Source: an uncultured Nitrospiraceae bacterium (GTDB lineage: Bacteria; Nitrospirota; Nitrospiria; Nitrospirales; Nitrospiraceae). Taken from it: a stretch of DNA of 64,000 bases. Position numbers and translations under genes: made by a program. The stretch spans positions 1,856,001-1,920,000 of the forward strand of contig CAWJWJ010000002.1 in the NCBI GenBank assembly GCA_963846575.1, given 5' to 3'. Under the pieces are notes generated by a model. That model saw only the letters and a list, made by a program, of their open reading frames with translations, did no database searches and was not told where the DNA came from. Positions 52,201-61,933 of the stretch are shown piece after piece. Each line of letters starts with the position of its first letter. The stretch's first letter is position 1.

Positions 52201-52635
52201 AGGAGCCGTCACCACGGATTCATCGGAGATCTCCCGTCCGCCATCCGGCAGCAATTCTCCGCGCCGTCGAACCAACCCCTCGACCACCGGAAGGTTCTCC
52301 CCTCCCCCTCGTCCGATATCTTCCACTTGAGCCCTGAACGAGGCCACGATCTCTCGAATCAATTGAAGCGCCGTCGGCCAGCGTGCGGGCGGGATCTCCT
52401 GCACCTGTTCCAACGTCTCCTCGAGAAGCGCTCCCAGTTGGCCGAGCCCCGCAAATCCATACAACAGGGCCGCACCCTTCAACTTATGGCCCACCGCATG
52501 GAATCCGGCGACCTCCGCCGGTTCAGGATCCGCTTTTCCCTCGGGGTGCAGCGCCTTCCAGAAGCGCGTCATCTCGTCGCACGCTTCGGCGACGAAAATG
52601 TCCAGGAGCTGGTCGCGATCAAAATCAGAGCTCAT
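49264..52635 (-). CDS. cheA: ChpA/CheA-like hybrid kinase (3 Hpt, HATPase, CheW, REC)
   Basis: HKLKG and two HTLKGSA motifs; HLVRNAV.HG, DDGAG, GRGVGMDVV; C-terminal REC. Confidence 0.92.
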   Translation of the reverse strand: MSSDFDRDQLLDIFVAEACDEMTRFWKALHPEGKADPEPAEVAGFHAVGHKLKGAALLYGFAGLGQLGALLEETLEQVQEIPPARWPTALQLIREIVASFRAQVEDIGRGGGENLPVVEGLVRRRGELLPDGGREISDESVVTAPAGYLLPAIDGEVLSYFIPEAEEYLNTIQTLLQRLEADPHEAETVHQLYRVAHTLKGSAYTVGFQVVGDLAYPIEAGMMQVREERADITPHWITVIRRAVQAMRSLLAQDAQSALRLQTEVPLVVTLLREMEEGTGPTSEAAPAPAHCETQPAQEMSPSAGFAGDPHVHPQHMTPSTTLTEDYLIPNLDAEVMSYFAPEAQEYVESLEADLLRIDKQAVDPEAINQLFRTAHTLKGSAYTVGFQAIGDLTHHIEDFMGAVREGQLRLLPWHTDVLLRAIDVIRALMRRDSSRLERTRQRFAASLQELKRLGQVQPETSDTSGTLIASDAGTAEYGAEAVAVESSQPVEGKAGEEREVIRVSRDRLERLLNLVGELVIDRGRLEQRLKTLDQLAAQVVANKGRLNEAVRTFEDKHMFSFQPSPASQGEELPQGMAGVTDFGSLEFDKYDDFNILARRVSEVSADITESMSQLTTSIHRAQDDMGQLQQLTLGMRDEIARARMVPIGTPFTRFRRAAREMARATGKEVNLVTSGEHTEIDTGVVERLVDPLVHLVRNAVYHGIELPGTRLAQGKPAVGSIYLHAAHRGNSVLIEVEDDGAGLDIAKIKAKAIKLGLVKPEVAASLPEGEVIKFIFLPGFSTADNIGDQAGRGVGMDVVKRVIESMNGHIEVESERGLGTKFTMHLPLTLLIATALIVRVEGDRYAIPLPSVREVTMSTASTIQQMGDRSVIQLGDEAVEVFPLASLIRREGGTINGAKPVVVVRTSTGALGCAVDELLGRQEIVIKSLGALRPYERSVFGGATIDPEGRIVLVLDVSRLTTRLYHGAMPVAQESLSPASLDGPSQSIPGQLSDRPRQLLLIDDSLSIRKFVGRMLEAAGYTVDTATDGEEGCRKALMQSYQLIITDLEMPKLNGYEVIQALRARPQTHSTPIVVMTTRAGEKHRQMAVSVGASGYIAKPVEERALIQEVQRWTGRETGVHT

Positions 52636-52686
52636 TGACCCACTCAAGATCCGAGCGGAGACCTTTCACCGCTCTTCAAGAGGCGT

Positions 52687-54561
52687 TTACGCGAGTTTGA
52701 ACTGAGCGACCGACGAATTGAGGCCTTCGGCCAGTTTCGCCATGTCCTCGATCGTGAGCCGAGTAGAATCCGTCTGCTTCTGGGTCGCCACCGCGCCGCC
52801 GGTAAACTCCTTAATGGCTCGACCGACTTTTTCCGTCGAGGCGGTCTGTTCGGATGCTGCGCTCGCAATGTTCTGGGCCAGCTCGGACGACCGCTTGGCA
52901 ATGTCTGAAATTTCAGCGAACACGTCACCGGTTCGAAGCGCCGAGGCAGATCCCGCTTCCACCGCCTGCGTTTCATGTTCCATAGCGACGACGGCGTCCT
53001 GCGTTTCCGTTTGAATCACTTTTACGAGATCGGCGATTTCCCGCGTGGCCTGCGTGGAACTTTCTGCCAGCTTTCTCACCTGGTCGGCGACGACAGCGAA
53101 CCGCGCTCCGGCCTCGCCGGCGCCTGCCGCCTCGATGGCGGCGTTCAGCGCAAGGAGGTTCGTTTGATTGGCAATATCTCGAATCGTGGAGACGATCTGA
53201 GAAATTTCGAGTGAACGATCGCCCAGACCTTTGACCTGCTTGGACATGCGTTGCACGGCAGACCGGATGCTCTGCATGTCTCGCACGGTTTCCTGCACCG
53301 CCACATTGCCTCGCTCCGTGGCTGAAAGCACCTGTTTCGCGGAATCGGAGGATGCACCCGCCGTGGTCGCGACTTGACGCATACCGGCTGCCAGCTGTTC
53401 GACGGCGCCCAGCGTCCGCACGGACTCCTCAGCCTGACTCCGGGCTGTCCCGGACATCTGACCGGCTGAATCCCGGAGCGTACCGGCAGACTTGTTGACA
53501 CGGTCGGCCGCTTCACGCACCTGTTTCAACAATTGCCCGAACCGCGCGATCATCAGGTTGAATCCGTCGGCAAGGTTACCGAACATATCCGCCGTCACTT
53601 CGCCTCGTTTGGTCAAGTCTCCTTTACCAACCTCGGATACCAGCACGAGAAACTGCATGAGGCGCTTTTGCATCATGTCGCGCTCTTCCTCGGTGGATAC
53701 GAGGGTCGTAATACGATCGAGCATGGTGTTGAACGCCGTCGCCATCTGCCCCAATTCGTCGTGCGACTGAATTTTGGCTCGAGCTTGCAAATTGCCTCCG
53801 GCAGCCTGTGTCGCGACGTTGGCGATGTGTGTGATGCCGCGTGACAGGAACGTCGCCAGCACATATCCGACGAACACTCCAAGCGCAACAGCGACGAGAC
53901 CGCCGACGGCCAGAATGAACGTACCGGTGGACGCCAGGGTCTGCGCGTCGTCGTTGAGATCCTTGGCGACCGCTTCAATGCTCGTCACCTGCTCATTGTG
54001 TCGCTTCACGGCTGTTTCGAAAGAAGGCGTCAAATTGACGGTCAATGCCAGGACACCAAGCGCTCGCATCTGTTCCGCCTGCGCGCCGGACAAGGTCGTG
54101 CGATCGAAACTGTCCGCCATGGCGCTCAAGGCACCGTCGGCATCCTGGAAGTACTTCCTCAGCGCCGGCTCGAACAGCGTCAGGTCTTTGGTTTCGTCCC
54201 GACCGGAACGTGACGCGCGCAAGGTCGTGCGCTTATAGTTATTCAAGGTCCTTTCGATATCCGCCTTCAGCGGGGCGAGCCTGGCCGCATCCTGGGCGAA
54301 GTCGGCTTGCTTGGTGGCGGTCGCGACATCCAGCAGAATCTGGTGGTGCTTGGTCAATGCCGTTCCCATCTGAGCGAAGTCGGCCAGCGGCACTGTATAG
54401 TCGGCGTATACCGTCTGTGATTGGCTGCTGAGCTGCCGAAGGGTGAACACACCGACGCTGGCCATCATCATGATGATGACGCTGACGAGACCGAAACTGA
54501 CGAGCAGTTTCGTCTGGGTTTTCATGTCTTGGAATCGATTCTTGACGCCTTGCCCGATCAT
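52687..54561 (-). CDS. methyl-accepting chemotaxis protein (PilJ-like)
   Basis: Two TM segments, [18 protein letters not shown]. Confidence 0.93.
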   Translation of the reverse strand: MIGQGVKNRFQDMKTQTKLLVSFGLVSVIIMMMASVGVFTLRQLSSQSQTVYADYTVPLADFAQMGTALTKHHQILLDVATATKQADFAQDAARLAPLKADIERTLNNYKRTTLRASRSGRDETKDLTLFEPALRKYFQDADGALSAMADSFDRTTLSGAQAEQMRALGVLALTVNLTPSFETAVKRHNEQVTSIEAVAKDLNDDAQTLASTGTFILAVGGLVAVALGVFVGYVLATFLSRGITHIANVATQAAGGNLQARAKIQSHDELGQMATAFNTMLDRITTLVSTEEERDMMQKRLMQFLVLVSEVGKGDLTKRGEVTADMFGNLADGFNLMIARFGQLLKQVREAADRVNKSAGTLRDSAGQMSGTARSQAEESVRTLGAVEQLAAGMRQVATTAGASSDSAKQVLSATERGNVAVQETVRDMQSIRSAVQRMSKQVKGLGDRSLEISQIVSTIRDIANQTNLLALNAAIEAAGAGEAGARFAVVADQVRKLAESSTQATREIADLVKVIQTETQDAVVAMEHETQAVEAGSASALRTGDVFAEISDIAKRSSELAQNIASAASEQTASTEKVGRAIKEFTGGAVATQKQTDSTRLTIEDMAKLAEGLNSSVAQFKLA

Positions 54562-54658
54562 GGTGCGCTCCTCCTTGTGTCCTGCTATCCTTCACCTTCG
54601 GCGGCCGGTCCCATAATCGCCGGGTTCGCGCGCCCGCGAAGACTCACATCACCGCTTC

Positions 54659-55204
54659 TCACGCTGCCGACAATGCCGTACCCCCGCCGTCGACATAGGC
54701 AAATACCTGCGGAATCTCCAACACGCCTCCCAAACGCTCCTGCATTCGAAGCACCGCCGACACGCAGGGACGCGCACCGGCCGGTCCGCCCTGCACGGCC
54801 GGCAGCAGATTCCCGCGAGAGATGGTGTGAATCTCCGGGACATGGTCGACCAGCAGACCGATGTGTCTTCCGCCCTGTCGGACCACCACCGCAAACGGCA
54901 GCCCCGCATTGGCCGTGGACAGGCCAAGCATGCCGCGCAAATCGACCAGGGAAACCACTGTCCCCCGGAGATTCGTGACGCCCGTCAGGAGACTCGGCAT
55001 ACCCGGAACGGTGGTCACGGATTCCACCTCAAACACTTCGGCGACGTGACGAAGGTCAATGGCGAACGCTTCGCCACCCAACGTTAAGACGCACATGCGC
55101 AGGGTTCCGTCGGTCGCCGCAGCGGGGAGTCCCGATGAACGAGAGGCTCCGTCAGCCGGGGATGCGACGGGCGGTCGGGAATGGATCGTCGGAACGTCAC
55201 TCAT
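54659..55204 (-). CDS. cheW: CheW protein
   Basis: TTVPG.P..L.GVTNLRGTVVSLVDL. Confidence 0.9.
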   Translation of the reverse strand: MSDVPTIHSRPPVASPADGASRSSGLPAAATDGTLRMCVLTLGGEAFAIDLRHVAEVFEVESVTTVPGMPSLLTGVTNLRGTVVSLVDLRGMLGLSTANAGLPFAVVVRQGGRHIGLLVDHVPEIHTISRGNLLPAVQGGPAGARPCVSAVLRMQERLGGVLEIPQVFAYVDGGGTALSAA

Positions 55205-55207
55205 AAC

Positions 55208-55570
55208 TTAGTTCAAAGCCCGTTTCACGGCAGCCACCAGGTCTTCCGCCTTAAACGGTTTCACCACATAACCATTGGCGCCCTGCTGCTGGCCCCAAAA
55301 CTTGTCGCTTTCCTGCCCCTTGGAGGTGCAGAGCACAATCGGGATCCCCTTGAACCGATCGTCACTCTTGAGATCGCGGCAAGTCTGGTATCCATTGCGT
55401 CCGGGCATCACGACATCCAGTACGATCAAGTCAGGCTTGTCGATCGCGAGTTTGTCCTCGAGTTTGTCAGTGTTCGGATACGAGACGACCGTATGATTTG
55501 CGGTTTTCAGATAACCTTCGATCAGCTGCAACTCGGCATAGGAATCATCGACGACAACGATCTTGCTCAT
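55208..55570 (-). CDS. single-domain response regulator (PilH-like)
   Basis: VVDDS, LDVVMP..NGYQ.CR, DKFWG.QQGA..Y.VKPF. Confidence 0.9.
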   Translation of the reverse strand: MSKIVVVDDSYAELQLIEGYLKTANHTVVSYPNTDKLEDKLAIDKPDLIVLDVVMPGRNGYQTCRDLKSDDRFKGIPIVLCTSKGQESDKFWGQQQGANGYVVKPFKAEDLVAAVKRALN

Positions 55571-55617
55571 GAATGCATCCTCCCCCTTCAACCCAGATAA
55601 ATGTGCGAGATTGATAG

Positions 55618-56352
55618 TTACCGCATTGGAATGACGATACTGATGGCCCCAGCCAGATCTCCCTCTCGCCACCCCTCTTTCTTGGCGCCCGTGATGTCGC
55701 GCTCTCCCTTGGGATTGCCATGGCACCCCAGGCAAGTGGACGCCGCGTATTCGGGATCCATCATGCGCAGCACCGGCTTCCCGTCGAGCATCGTCGCCTT
55801 GCTGTAGGGCTGTCCCTTGGGATGGCGCGTGTCGGAGAACAGTCTCAACACTTCCGACTCAAAGTCATCCGGCCGATTGCCGGGAAATCGATAGTCCGCG
55901 CTCGTGAGCTTCACGCGAATCCCTGTTTTGCGATAGAAGCGTTCGCCCGTTTTGCGGGCAAAGACGGCGGGAATGAGATTTTTGAATCCGACGCCCTGCT
56001 TATTGATCACCGGCTGAGCCTCGTCGATCACTTCTTTCTCTGATTCGACCATGGCGAGATACAGCGGCGCCTGTGGCGTGCTGTTAGGTCGGCTCAGATC
56101 AATTTTCGTCGCTTTGCGAAACCGGTCAACCACTTGATTGGCGACATAGTCGCCGGTAAATCCCTTATCGCCCTTGGCGGCATCGTTGATCGTCGCTTGA
56201 TGTTCAGAAATGAGACCGCGGCCCACCTGCACCAGCTTGATCAACAACTCTGCCGTTTCTACCTCGGTGTTGGCCAATGCAGGGCCGGCTGCGCCCACGC
56301 AACTCACCATCAATGCCGCCACCACACATTTTGTGATGAAATTGTTCGCCAT
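55618..56352 (-). CDS. periplasmic heme c protein (DUF3365/Tll0287-like)
   Basis: Signal peptide; N.PDDFE, CLGCH, GDLAGAIS. Confidence 0.85.
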   Translation of the reverse strand: MANNFITKCVVAALMVSCVGAAGPALANTEVETAELLIKLVQVGRGLISEHQATINDAAKGDKGFTGDYVANQVVDRFRKATKIDLSRPNSTPQAPLYLAMVESEKEVIDEAQPVINKQGVGFKNLIPAVFARKTGERFYRKTGIRVKLTSADYRFPGNRPDDFESEVLRLFSDTRHPKGQPYSKATMLDGKPVLRMMDPEYAASTCLGCHGNPKGERDITGAKKEGWREGDLAGAISIVIPMR

Positions 56353-56505
56353 GCCCCCTCCTCGTACCGATTTCTGTTCGTCCCGCCAGGACTTACGCCC
56401 CGGAGATTTCAATGACTCTGTGACAAAGATAGCGCAAAATTCCCCGTTGACAATTTCGGCCACAGAGACGCAATCCCGACAGACAATTTTGACTCTGGCT
56501 GCCTG

Positions 56506-56539
56506 TGCAGGATCGGTGCCAAACAAAATCAATTACTTA
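56506..56539 (-). promoter_or_regulatory. sigma54 -24/-12 promoter with an adjacent IHF site
   Basis: Minus strand TGGCAC-CGATC-CTGCA (56521-56506); AATCAA-TTAC-TTA (56527-56539) fits WATCAANNNNTTR. Confidence 0.6.
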
Positions 56540-56709
56540 GGAAGGAGGTTGCGATCCGAGGTGAAATTGATGAAGTCTGCGATTTCGTAGATGAATAGGT
56601 GTGAACGAGAAACTATATCCACTATGTTCATCAGGAAGGCCACGAGCGGACGATTGTTCAAGATTCCGACAGAAGCGCCAAAGTTTAGTCGTTTCGAGAG
56701 GGTCCGCTG

Positions 56710-58329
56710 TCAGAGAGGCCCGGGAGGGATCGATGGGTCCGGCGAGGCTGGGGAGGGCAACGTCTGTTCACCCGGTCGTACCAGGGCCCAGACCGGGCCG
56801 AGATCGAGGTGTCGGCCGACATGGTCCGCCCAGCGATCAAGCGCCTCCTCACGCCTGTTGTTCACCATGTGTGAACAAGCGAGGTCGAGAGCGGGCAATC
56901 CCTTGCGGACCCGTAGCCGGTTCAACCAGGCGCGGCGAAATTCCGGCTGATCGAACAGGCCATGGATATAACTGCCCCACACCAGGCCATCATCACGGCA
57001 CGCACCGTCCAGGCACCGGTCGTCTCCGTCCACCGCGAGGCTACGACGGTCGATTGGTTCAGCCTCGGCGTGAAGCACAAAACAAGCACGATGCTCATGA
57101 CGATCCGTCCTCCCCATGTGAATGAAATAGCCACGGACCGTCGATGGGGCGGCCTCCTTCAGGAGCAGGGCCTGCGCCTGAACTTGCTCGGTAATCTTAT
57201 CCTTCGCTAAGACAGTCGTGAGATGCAGCAAGCCAAACCCCTCTGCCGTCCCGCCCCCTTCCACCCCGTCAGGATCGGCAATCCGTCGGCCTAACATCTG
57301 GTATCCGCCGCAGATACCGACCACCTCTCCGCCGCCTGCGGTATGCTCATGCAGCAGGGACTCGAACCCCTTTTCCCGCAAATAGGTCAGGTCGGCCAAT
57401 GTCGTCTTCGTACCGGGCAGCAGGATTACGTCGGCACCGGCCGCGTCCCCCGGGTCAGCCACATAACGTAGCCGCACATCGGATTCGTCCGCCAGCCGGT
57501 TGAAATCGGTAAAGTTGCTCATGTGGGGAACCAGAACCACCGCAACATTGATACCGTCAGGGGAGAACGTCACCTGGCGGCCCCGTTCACTATCGAGGCT
57601 GTCTTCCTGATCGAGCCCAAGTTCCCGGAGAAATGGCAGCAGACCCAGGACGGGAAGTCCCGTCCGTTCGGTCAGAAAGCGTATGCCATCCGCAAAAAGC
57701 GCGGCATCGCCCCGAAACTTATTGATCACCAGCCCGCACACCCGGTCACGCTCCTGCGGCGTAATGAGGTCGAGCGTCCCGATGATTTGAGCGAACACAC
57801 CTCCGCGATCGATGTCTCCGACAAGAATCACCCGGGCATCGGCCATCTCGACAACCGGCCAGTTCACGAGATCACGATCCCGGAGGTTGACCTCCGCCGC
57901 GCTACCGGCGCCTTCGATCACGATGACCTGATACTGGGACGCCAGCCGCTCGTAACTCTCTCGTACCGCCCGAAAAAGAGCAGAATCCCGAGGTCGCGTG
58001 AAATAGGTCCGGGCCTCCAGCGTGGCATACACTCGTCCCTGCAGAACAACTTGCGACCGGGAGTTCGATTCGGGCTTCAACAAGATCGGATTCATGTCGA
58101 CATGCGGCGGAATCCCGCACGCTTCGGCTTGCAGAGCCTGCGCCCGCCCGATCTCGCCCCCCTCGGGTGTCACGAAGGAGTTCAGGGACATATTCTGAGC
58201 TTTAAACGGAGCCACGCGAATTCCAGCGCGGCGCAGGACACGACAGAGTCCTGACGTGACCATACTCTTTCCGACGTCAGAGCCGGTTCCCAGAACCGCG
58301 ATCGCAATGGCACGAGCAATGTGTGGCAT
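56710..58329 (-). CDS. cobQ: cobyric acid synthase
   Basis: GTGSDVGKS, PFKAQNMS, EGAGS.AE.NL, GICGGYQMLG. Confidence 0.95.
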   Translation of the reverse strand: MPHIARAIAIAVLGTGSDVGKSMVTSGLCRVLRRAGIRVAPFKAQNMSLNSFVTPEGGEIGRAQALQAEACGIPPHVDMNPILLKPESNSRSQVVLQGRVYATLEARTYFTRPRDSALFRAVRESYERLASQYQVIVIEGAGSAAEVNLRDRDLVNWPVVEMADARVILVGDIDRGGVFAQIIGTLDLITPQERDRVCGLVINKFRGDAALFADGIRFLTERTGLPVLGLLPFLRELGLDQEDSLDSERGRQVTFSPDGINVAVVLVPHMSNFTDFNRLADESDVRLRYVADPGDAAGADVILLPGTKTTLADLTYLREKGFESLLHEHTAGGGEVVGICGGYQMLGRRIADPDGVEGGGTAEGFGLLHLTTVLAKDKITEQVQAQALLLKEAAPSTVRGYFIHMGRTDRHEHRACFVLHAEAEPIDRRSLAVDGDDRCLDGACRDDGLVWGSYIHGLFDQPEFRRAWLNRLRVRKGLPALDLACSHMVNNRREEALDRWADHVGRHLDLGPVWALVRPGEQTLPSPASPDPSIPPGPL

Positions 58330-58356
58330 GGACTGTCGCCAGATCTTGAGTGTGGT

Positions 58357-59106
58357 TTATGGTCGACGCCGGTCGGCCCACTGCCTTGCCAGGCTCAAGC
58401 CCTGGCTGATGGAGTCGGCTGTGACCCGCCCGATCATGGACCCGATCTCGGTATGGGTTCCCGCATAGGGTTCCCACGGCCCGTTACCTTTCACAGCGCA
58501 GGCAACCACCACGGCATCCGTCCCCGTTCCTGTGGCACCGGCCTGGCCGGTCCAACTGGGAACGGCATGGTCACGTAACAGGCCGGTCTTGCTTTCGGTC
58601 GCCACTTGGACCGCACACACCAAGGCCGACACCGCCAGACAGGCGTTCGTGACCAGGATCAGGTTGATCGTGCCAGGCGTCTGATCCGGTTCCTTCCCCG
58701 TGATGCAACGAGGCGGCTCACCGGCCCTCACCGCATTGGTGACACCGACCGTGGCAAAACATTCGACCCAGATTTCACCCCGCGTCTCGCGATTGGTGAC
58801 CAGTTGTGTCATGGGTACCGCCGTCATAAGGCCGACGCAATCACCGTCAACACCCAGGCCGAGGGCTATTCCTCGAAGGTATCGCGCGGGATCACCCCAC
58901 CGGGCCTGTGAACCAGGCGTCGGCGTAGCCCCTTGGCGGACGGGGTCGGGGCAGACCTGATGGTTCAAGATGTAGCGGACCGTTCGGACCCCTCCCCCTT
59001 TCGGAGCCGAAGACAACACACGCATGCGAGTGCCGAGATGAATGACCAGCGTGTCCGCGACGACGCGATAATCAGTGCAGAGGCGATCAGGATCGGGCTT
59101 CTTCAT
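58357..59106 (-). CDS. cbiZ: adenosylcobinamide amidohydrolase
   Basis: LSSA..GGG, GLMTAV, GTIN, ATESK, ATGTGTD. Confidence 0.85.
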   Translation of the reverse strand: MKKPDPDRLCTDYRVVADTLVIHLGTRMRVLSSAPKGGGVRTVRYILNHQVCPDPVRQGATPTPGSQARWGDPARYLRGIALGLGVDGDCVGLMTAVPMTQLVTNRETRGEIWVECFATVGVTNAVRAGEPPRCITGKEPDQTPGTINLILVTNACLAVSALVCAVQVATESKTGLLRDHAVPSWTGQAGATGTGTDAVVVACAVKGNGPWEPYAGTHTEIGSMIGRVTADSISQGLSLARQWADRRRP

Positions 59107-60212
59107 GCACCACCACCATGGAGGACTGCCGTCAGGGTATGGAGAAGCCGATCGTTTTCTGCCCTGGTCCGTACGGCCACCCGAATGGACCGGGCATGCA
59201 AACCCGGCACCTGCGAGCAATCCCGGATCAAAATACCCTGTCGTCGAACGGCAGCCACGGTCTCTGCCACCTTCCGTCCAACCGGCAACTCCAGCAGAAG
59301 AAAATTTGCCGCAGATGGATAGACGGCGCAGCCGGTGAGCCGCTGCAACTGCTTCACCAAGCGCGGCCGCTCCTGATTCATGAACCGGATGCTCCGATCC
59401 GCATGTCGTACATCGCGCAGCGCGCTCACGGCGGCCCGCTGCGCCAACATGTTCACGGACCAGGGCGGCTGCTGCAGCCCGATGCGTCGGATGACGGGTG
59501 GCCTCGCGACCCCATAGCCGACACGGAGTCCTGGCAGCCCATAGAATTTCGTCATGCTCCGCAGCACGATGGTTCGTGCAGGAAGGGTCCGTGACAGAAT
59601 CGACGCGCCGGCACAATACTCGGCGAACGTTTCGTCGACGACAAACCACAACCCCCGGCGGGCCGCGAGACGCGCCAGTCTTCCGACAGTTCCGGCATCA
59701 GAGGCATGGCCGGTCGGACTATTGGGATTGCACAGGAGGACCGCGTCGACGGCCGGACGCCCCCGGCGCGCGTGAGTATCCCGCTGGATGGCAGCCATCA
59801 ACTGTCCGAACGGCGGGCGGTATCCGTCGGCACGATCACCCATCATCATGCTGACCCGGCCTCCGGACCGGCTCATTGCCGCCGCATACTCCGAAAAGGT
59901 AGGGCCGACGATTAATAGATGTCGAATCTTCAGCGCCCGGGGAAGCAGATGAATCAATTCGGTCGACCCGTTTCCAATCAGAAAGGCATCGGCTGGCTGC
60001 TTCCAATGGGCAGCCAGCGCCTGGCGTAGATCCCAACAGGCCGGATCGGGATAGTGCCGGAGCCATGTTTCCCCGTCGGCAATGGAGCGCAAGGCGGCGG
60101 GCGACGGTCCCAGAGGATTGATGCTGGCGCTGAAATCCAGCAGCCTATGGACTCCGAGCCCCAGTTCGCGAGCCGCGGCATACACGTCGCCGCCGTGACC
60201 GGGACGCGTCAT
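59103..60212 (-). CDS. cobD: threonine-phosphate decarboxylase
   Basis: HGG, DFSASINP, CNPNSPTG, SMTKFYGLPGLR. Confidence 0.9.
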   Translation of the reverse strand: MTRPGHGGDVYAAARELGLGVHRLLDFSASINPLGPSPAALRSIADGETWLRHYPDPACWDLRQALAAHWKQPADAFLIGNGSTELIHLLPRALKIRHLLIVGPTFSEYAAAMSRSGGRVSMMMGDRADGYRPPFGQLMAAIQRDTHARRGRPAVDAVLLCNPNSPTGHASDAGTVGRLARLAARRGLWFVVDETFAEYCAGASILSRTLPARTIVLRSMTKFYGLPGLRVGYGVARPPVIRRIGLQQPPWSVNMLAQRAAVSALRDVRHADRSIRFMNQERPRLVKQLQRLTGCAVYPSAANFLLLELPVGRKVAETVAAVRRQGILIRDCSQVPGLHARSIRVAVRTRAENDRLLHTLTAVLHGGGA

Positions 60213-61165
60213 GATTGCCACAGCGAGAGCAGGGCGAAGAAAAGACCGAGTCCCCAGGTCACCACCAGGATGTCCCTCGCCTCGGCGATGTGATCGAGGG
60301 TCAAGGGGCCTGTGCCCTCGCCGATCGGCGGACGATCCTGTGGAATGCCGTCATAATAATTCCTGCCGCCGAGTTGCACGCCCAGAGCCCCGGCCATGGC
60401 GGCTTCCGGCACTCCGCTGTTCGGGCTGGCGTGCTTGTCCCCATCCCGATGCAGGATCTGCCAACTCGATCGGACCCTGTCCCATTGCCAGGTGGCCAGT
60501 CCGGCTGCCAATGCAATGAAGGTTCCGGTCAGCCGGGCGGGAATCCAGTTCGCGATATCATCAAGCCGCGCCGAGGCCCAGCCGAAATATTCATACCGTG
60601 CATCGCGGTGACCGACCATGGAGTCGAGTGTATTGATCGCCTTGTATGCCAAGGCCAGGGGCGGCCCGCCGAGAGTCAGATACACGATCGGCGCGATAAT
60701 GCCGTCGGACGCGCTCTCCGCAATGGTTTCGACCGTCGCGCGCACGAGCTCAGGCTCGTCCAGCGTAGCCGTATCGCGTCCGACGATCATGGCCACTGCC
60801 TGCCGGGCACCGGACAGATTGCCTCGGGCCAGTTCGAAGCCGACCACCCGGACATGGTTCAACAGATCACGACCGGCGAGCGTCGTATAGGCCAGTCCAA
60901 TTACGACCGCATGTCCCAGCCAGGGTGAAAAGGACTCCGCCTGTGCGATCAGGAAGGCCGCGGCCATGTAGACCGCGACCGGCAATCCGATCGCGAGAGC
61001 CGCCCCGGCGATCCGCAAGGCTTCATCGGTCCGGCACAGTGCACGGATCCGATGGTCATACCAGGCAATGACCGTCCCCATGGCCCGGACCGGATGGGGA
61101 AGCCACCGAGGATCCCCCGCCACCGCATCCAAGGCCGTGGCAAAAATGAGATCGATGCCGGTCAT
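60209..61165 (-). CDS. cbiB: adenosylcobinamide-phosphate synthase
   Basis: GDP..LPHPV, VGRDT, NTLDSMVG, SPNSG.PEAA. Confidence 0.93.
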   Translation of the reverse strand: MTGIDLIFATALDAVAGDPRWLPHPVRAMGTVIAWYDHRIRALCRTDEALRIAGAALAIGLPVAVYMAAAFLIAQAESFSPWLGHAVVIGLAYTTLAGRDLLNHVRVVGFELARGNLSGARQAVAMIVGRDTATLDEPELVRATVETIAESASDGIIAPIVYLTLGGPPLALAYKAINTLDSMVGHRDARYEYFGWASARLDDIANWIPARLTGTFIALAAGLATWQWDRVRSSWQILHRDGDKHASPNSGVPEAAMAGALGVQLGGRNYYDGIPQDRPPIGEGTGPLTLDHIAEARDILVVTWGLGLFFALLSLWQS

Positions 61166-61933
61166 CGTCCCACCACCAAGACCGGAACCAGCAACAGGAA
61201 GAGAATCTCGATCAGTTCATTGGTCGCACCCAGCAGGTCTCCCGTCACTCCTCCGAACCATTCCCGGCAACCCCGTCGCAACAGAGCGACCACTGCCAGG
61301 CCGGTCGCCATGGTGGTCAGCGCCGCAAGCAGGCCCAAGCCCGTAGCGAGCGCCAGGACCAGCACGAGGCTCGCCGCCAGAAGATGCCGCAGGGATAGAT
61401 GGGTGAGAAACGACGCGGCCAATCCACCTTCGCTCCTCGCGTAGGAAGCGGACCAGGCCACGGCCACCATGGCCCAGCGGCCGACTGCGGGCATGCAGAC
61501 CAGCACCGGAAGGCGCAACGATGGAGGAAGGGCCAGCAATCCCGCGTAGCGAAGCAGCAGAGAGAAACAACCCGGTCGCGCCGATTGCACCCACCCGCGG
61601 ATCACGCATGATCAACAACCGGTCTGCCGCGGTACGTCCTCCGGCCAAACCGTCCAACGTGTCCGCCAATCCGTCCTGGTGCAACCCGCGCGTCAGGAGT
61701 ACCAGCAGCACGATCAACAGCACGCTCACGACTTCCTCCGCCACAAATCCCCTCAAGCCGCTGTCGGCCAGGGCCAGGAGACTCCCGATCAGCAGGCCGA
61801 CCGTCGTGTACCAGGCCATCGAGGTCGCCAACTCACCGGCCGTCGGTTCGTGATACCGCCGGCTGATCGGGATCGCGGTGAGAAAATGCCAGGCGAACAC
61901 AAAGGGTCTGGTCTTGGCTGCGATCTCAATCAC
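61162..61933 (-). pseudogene. cobS: adenosylcobinamide-GDP ribazoletransferase, frameshifted near 61562 (or a sequencing error)
   Basis: LH.DGLADTLDG and MRDPRVG lie in one frame, GGVTGDLLGA in another; the frame changes within a CT repeat. Confidence 0.85.
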
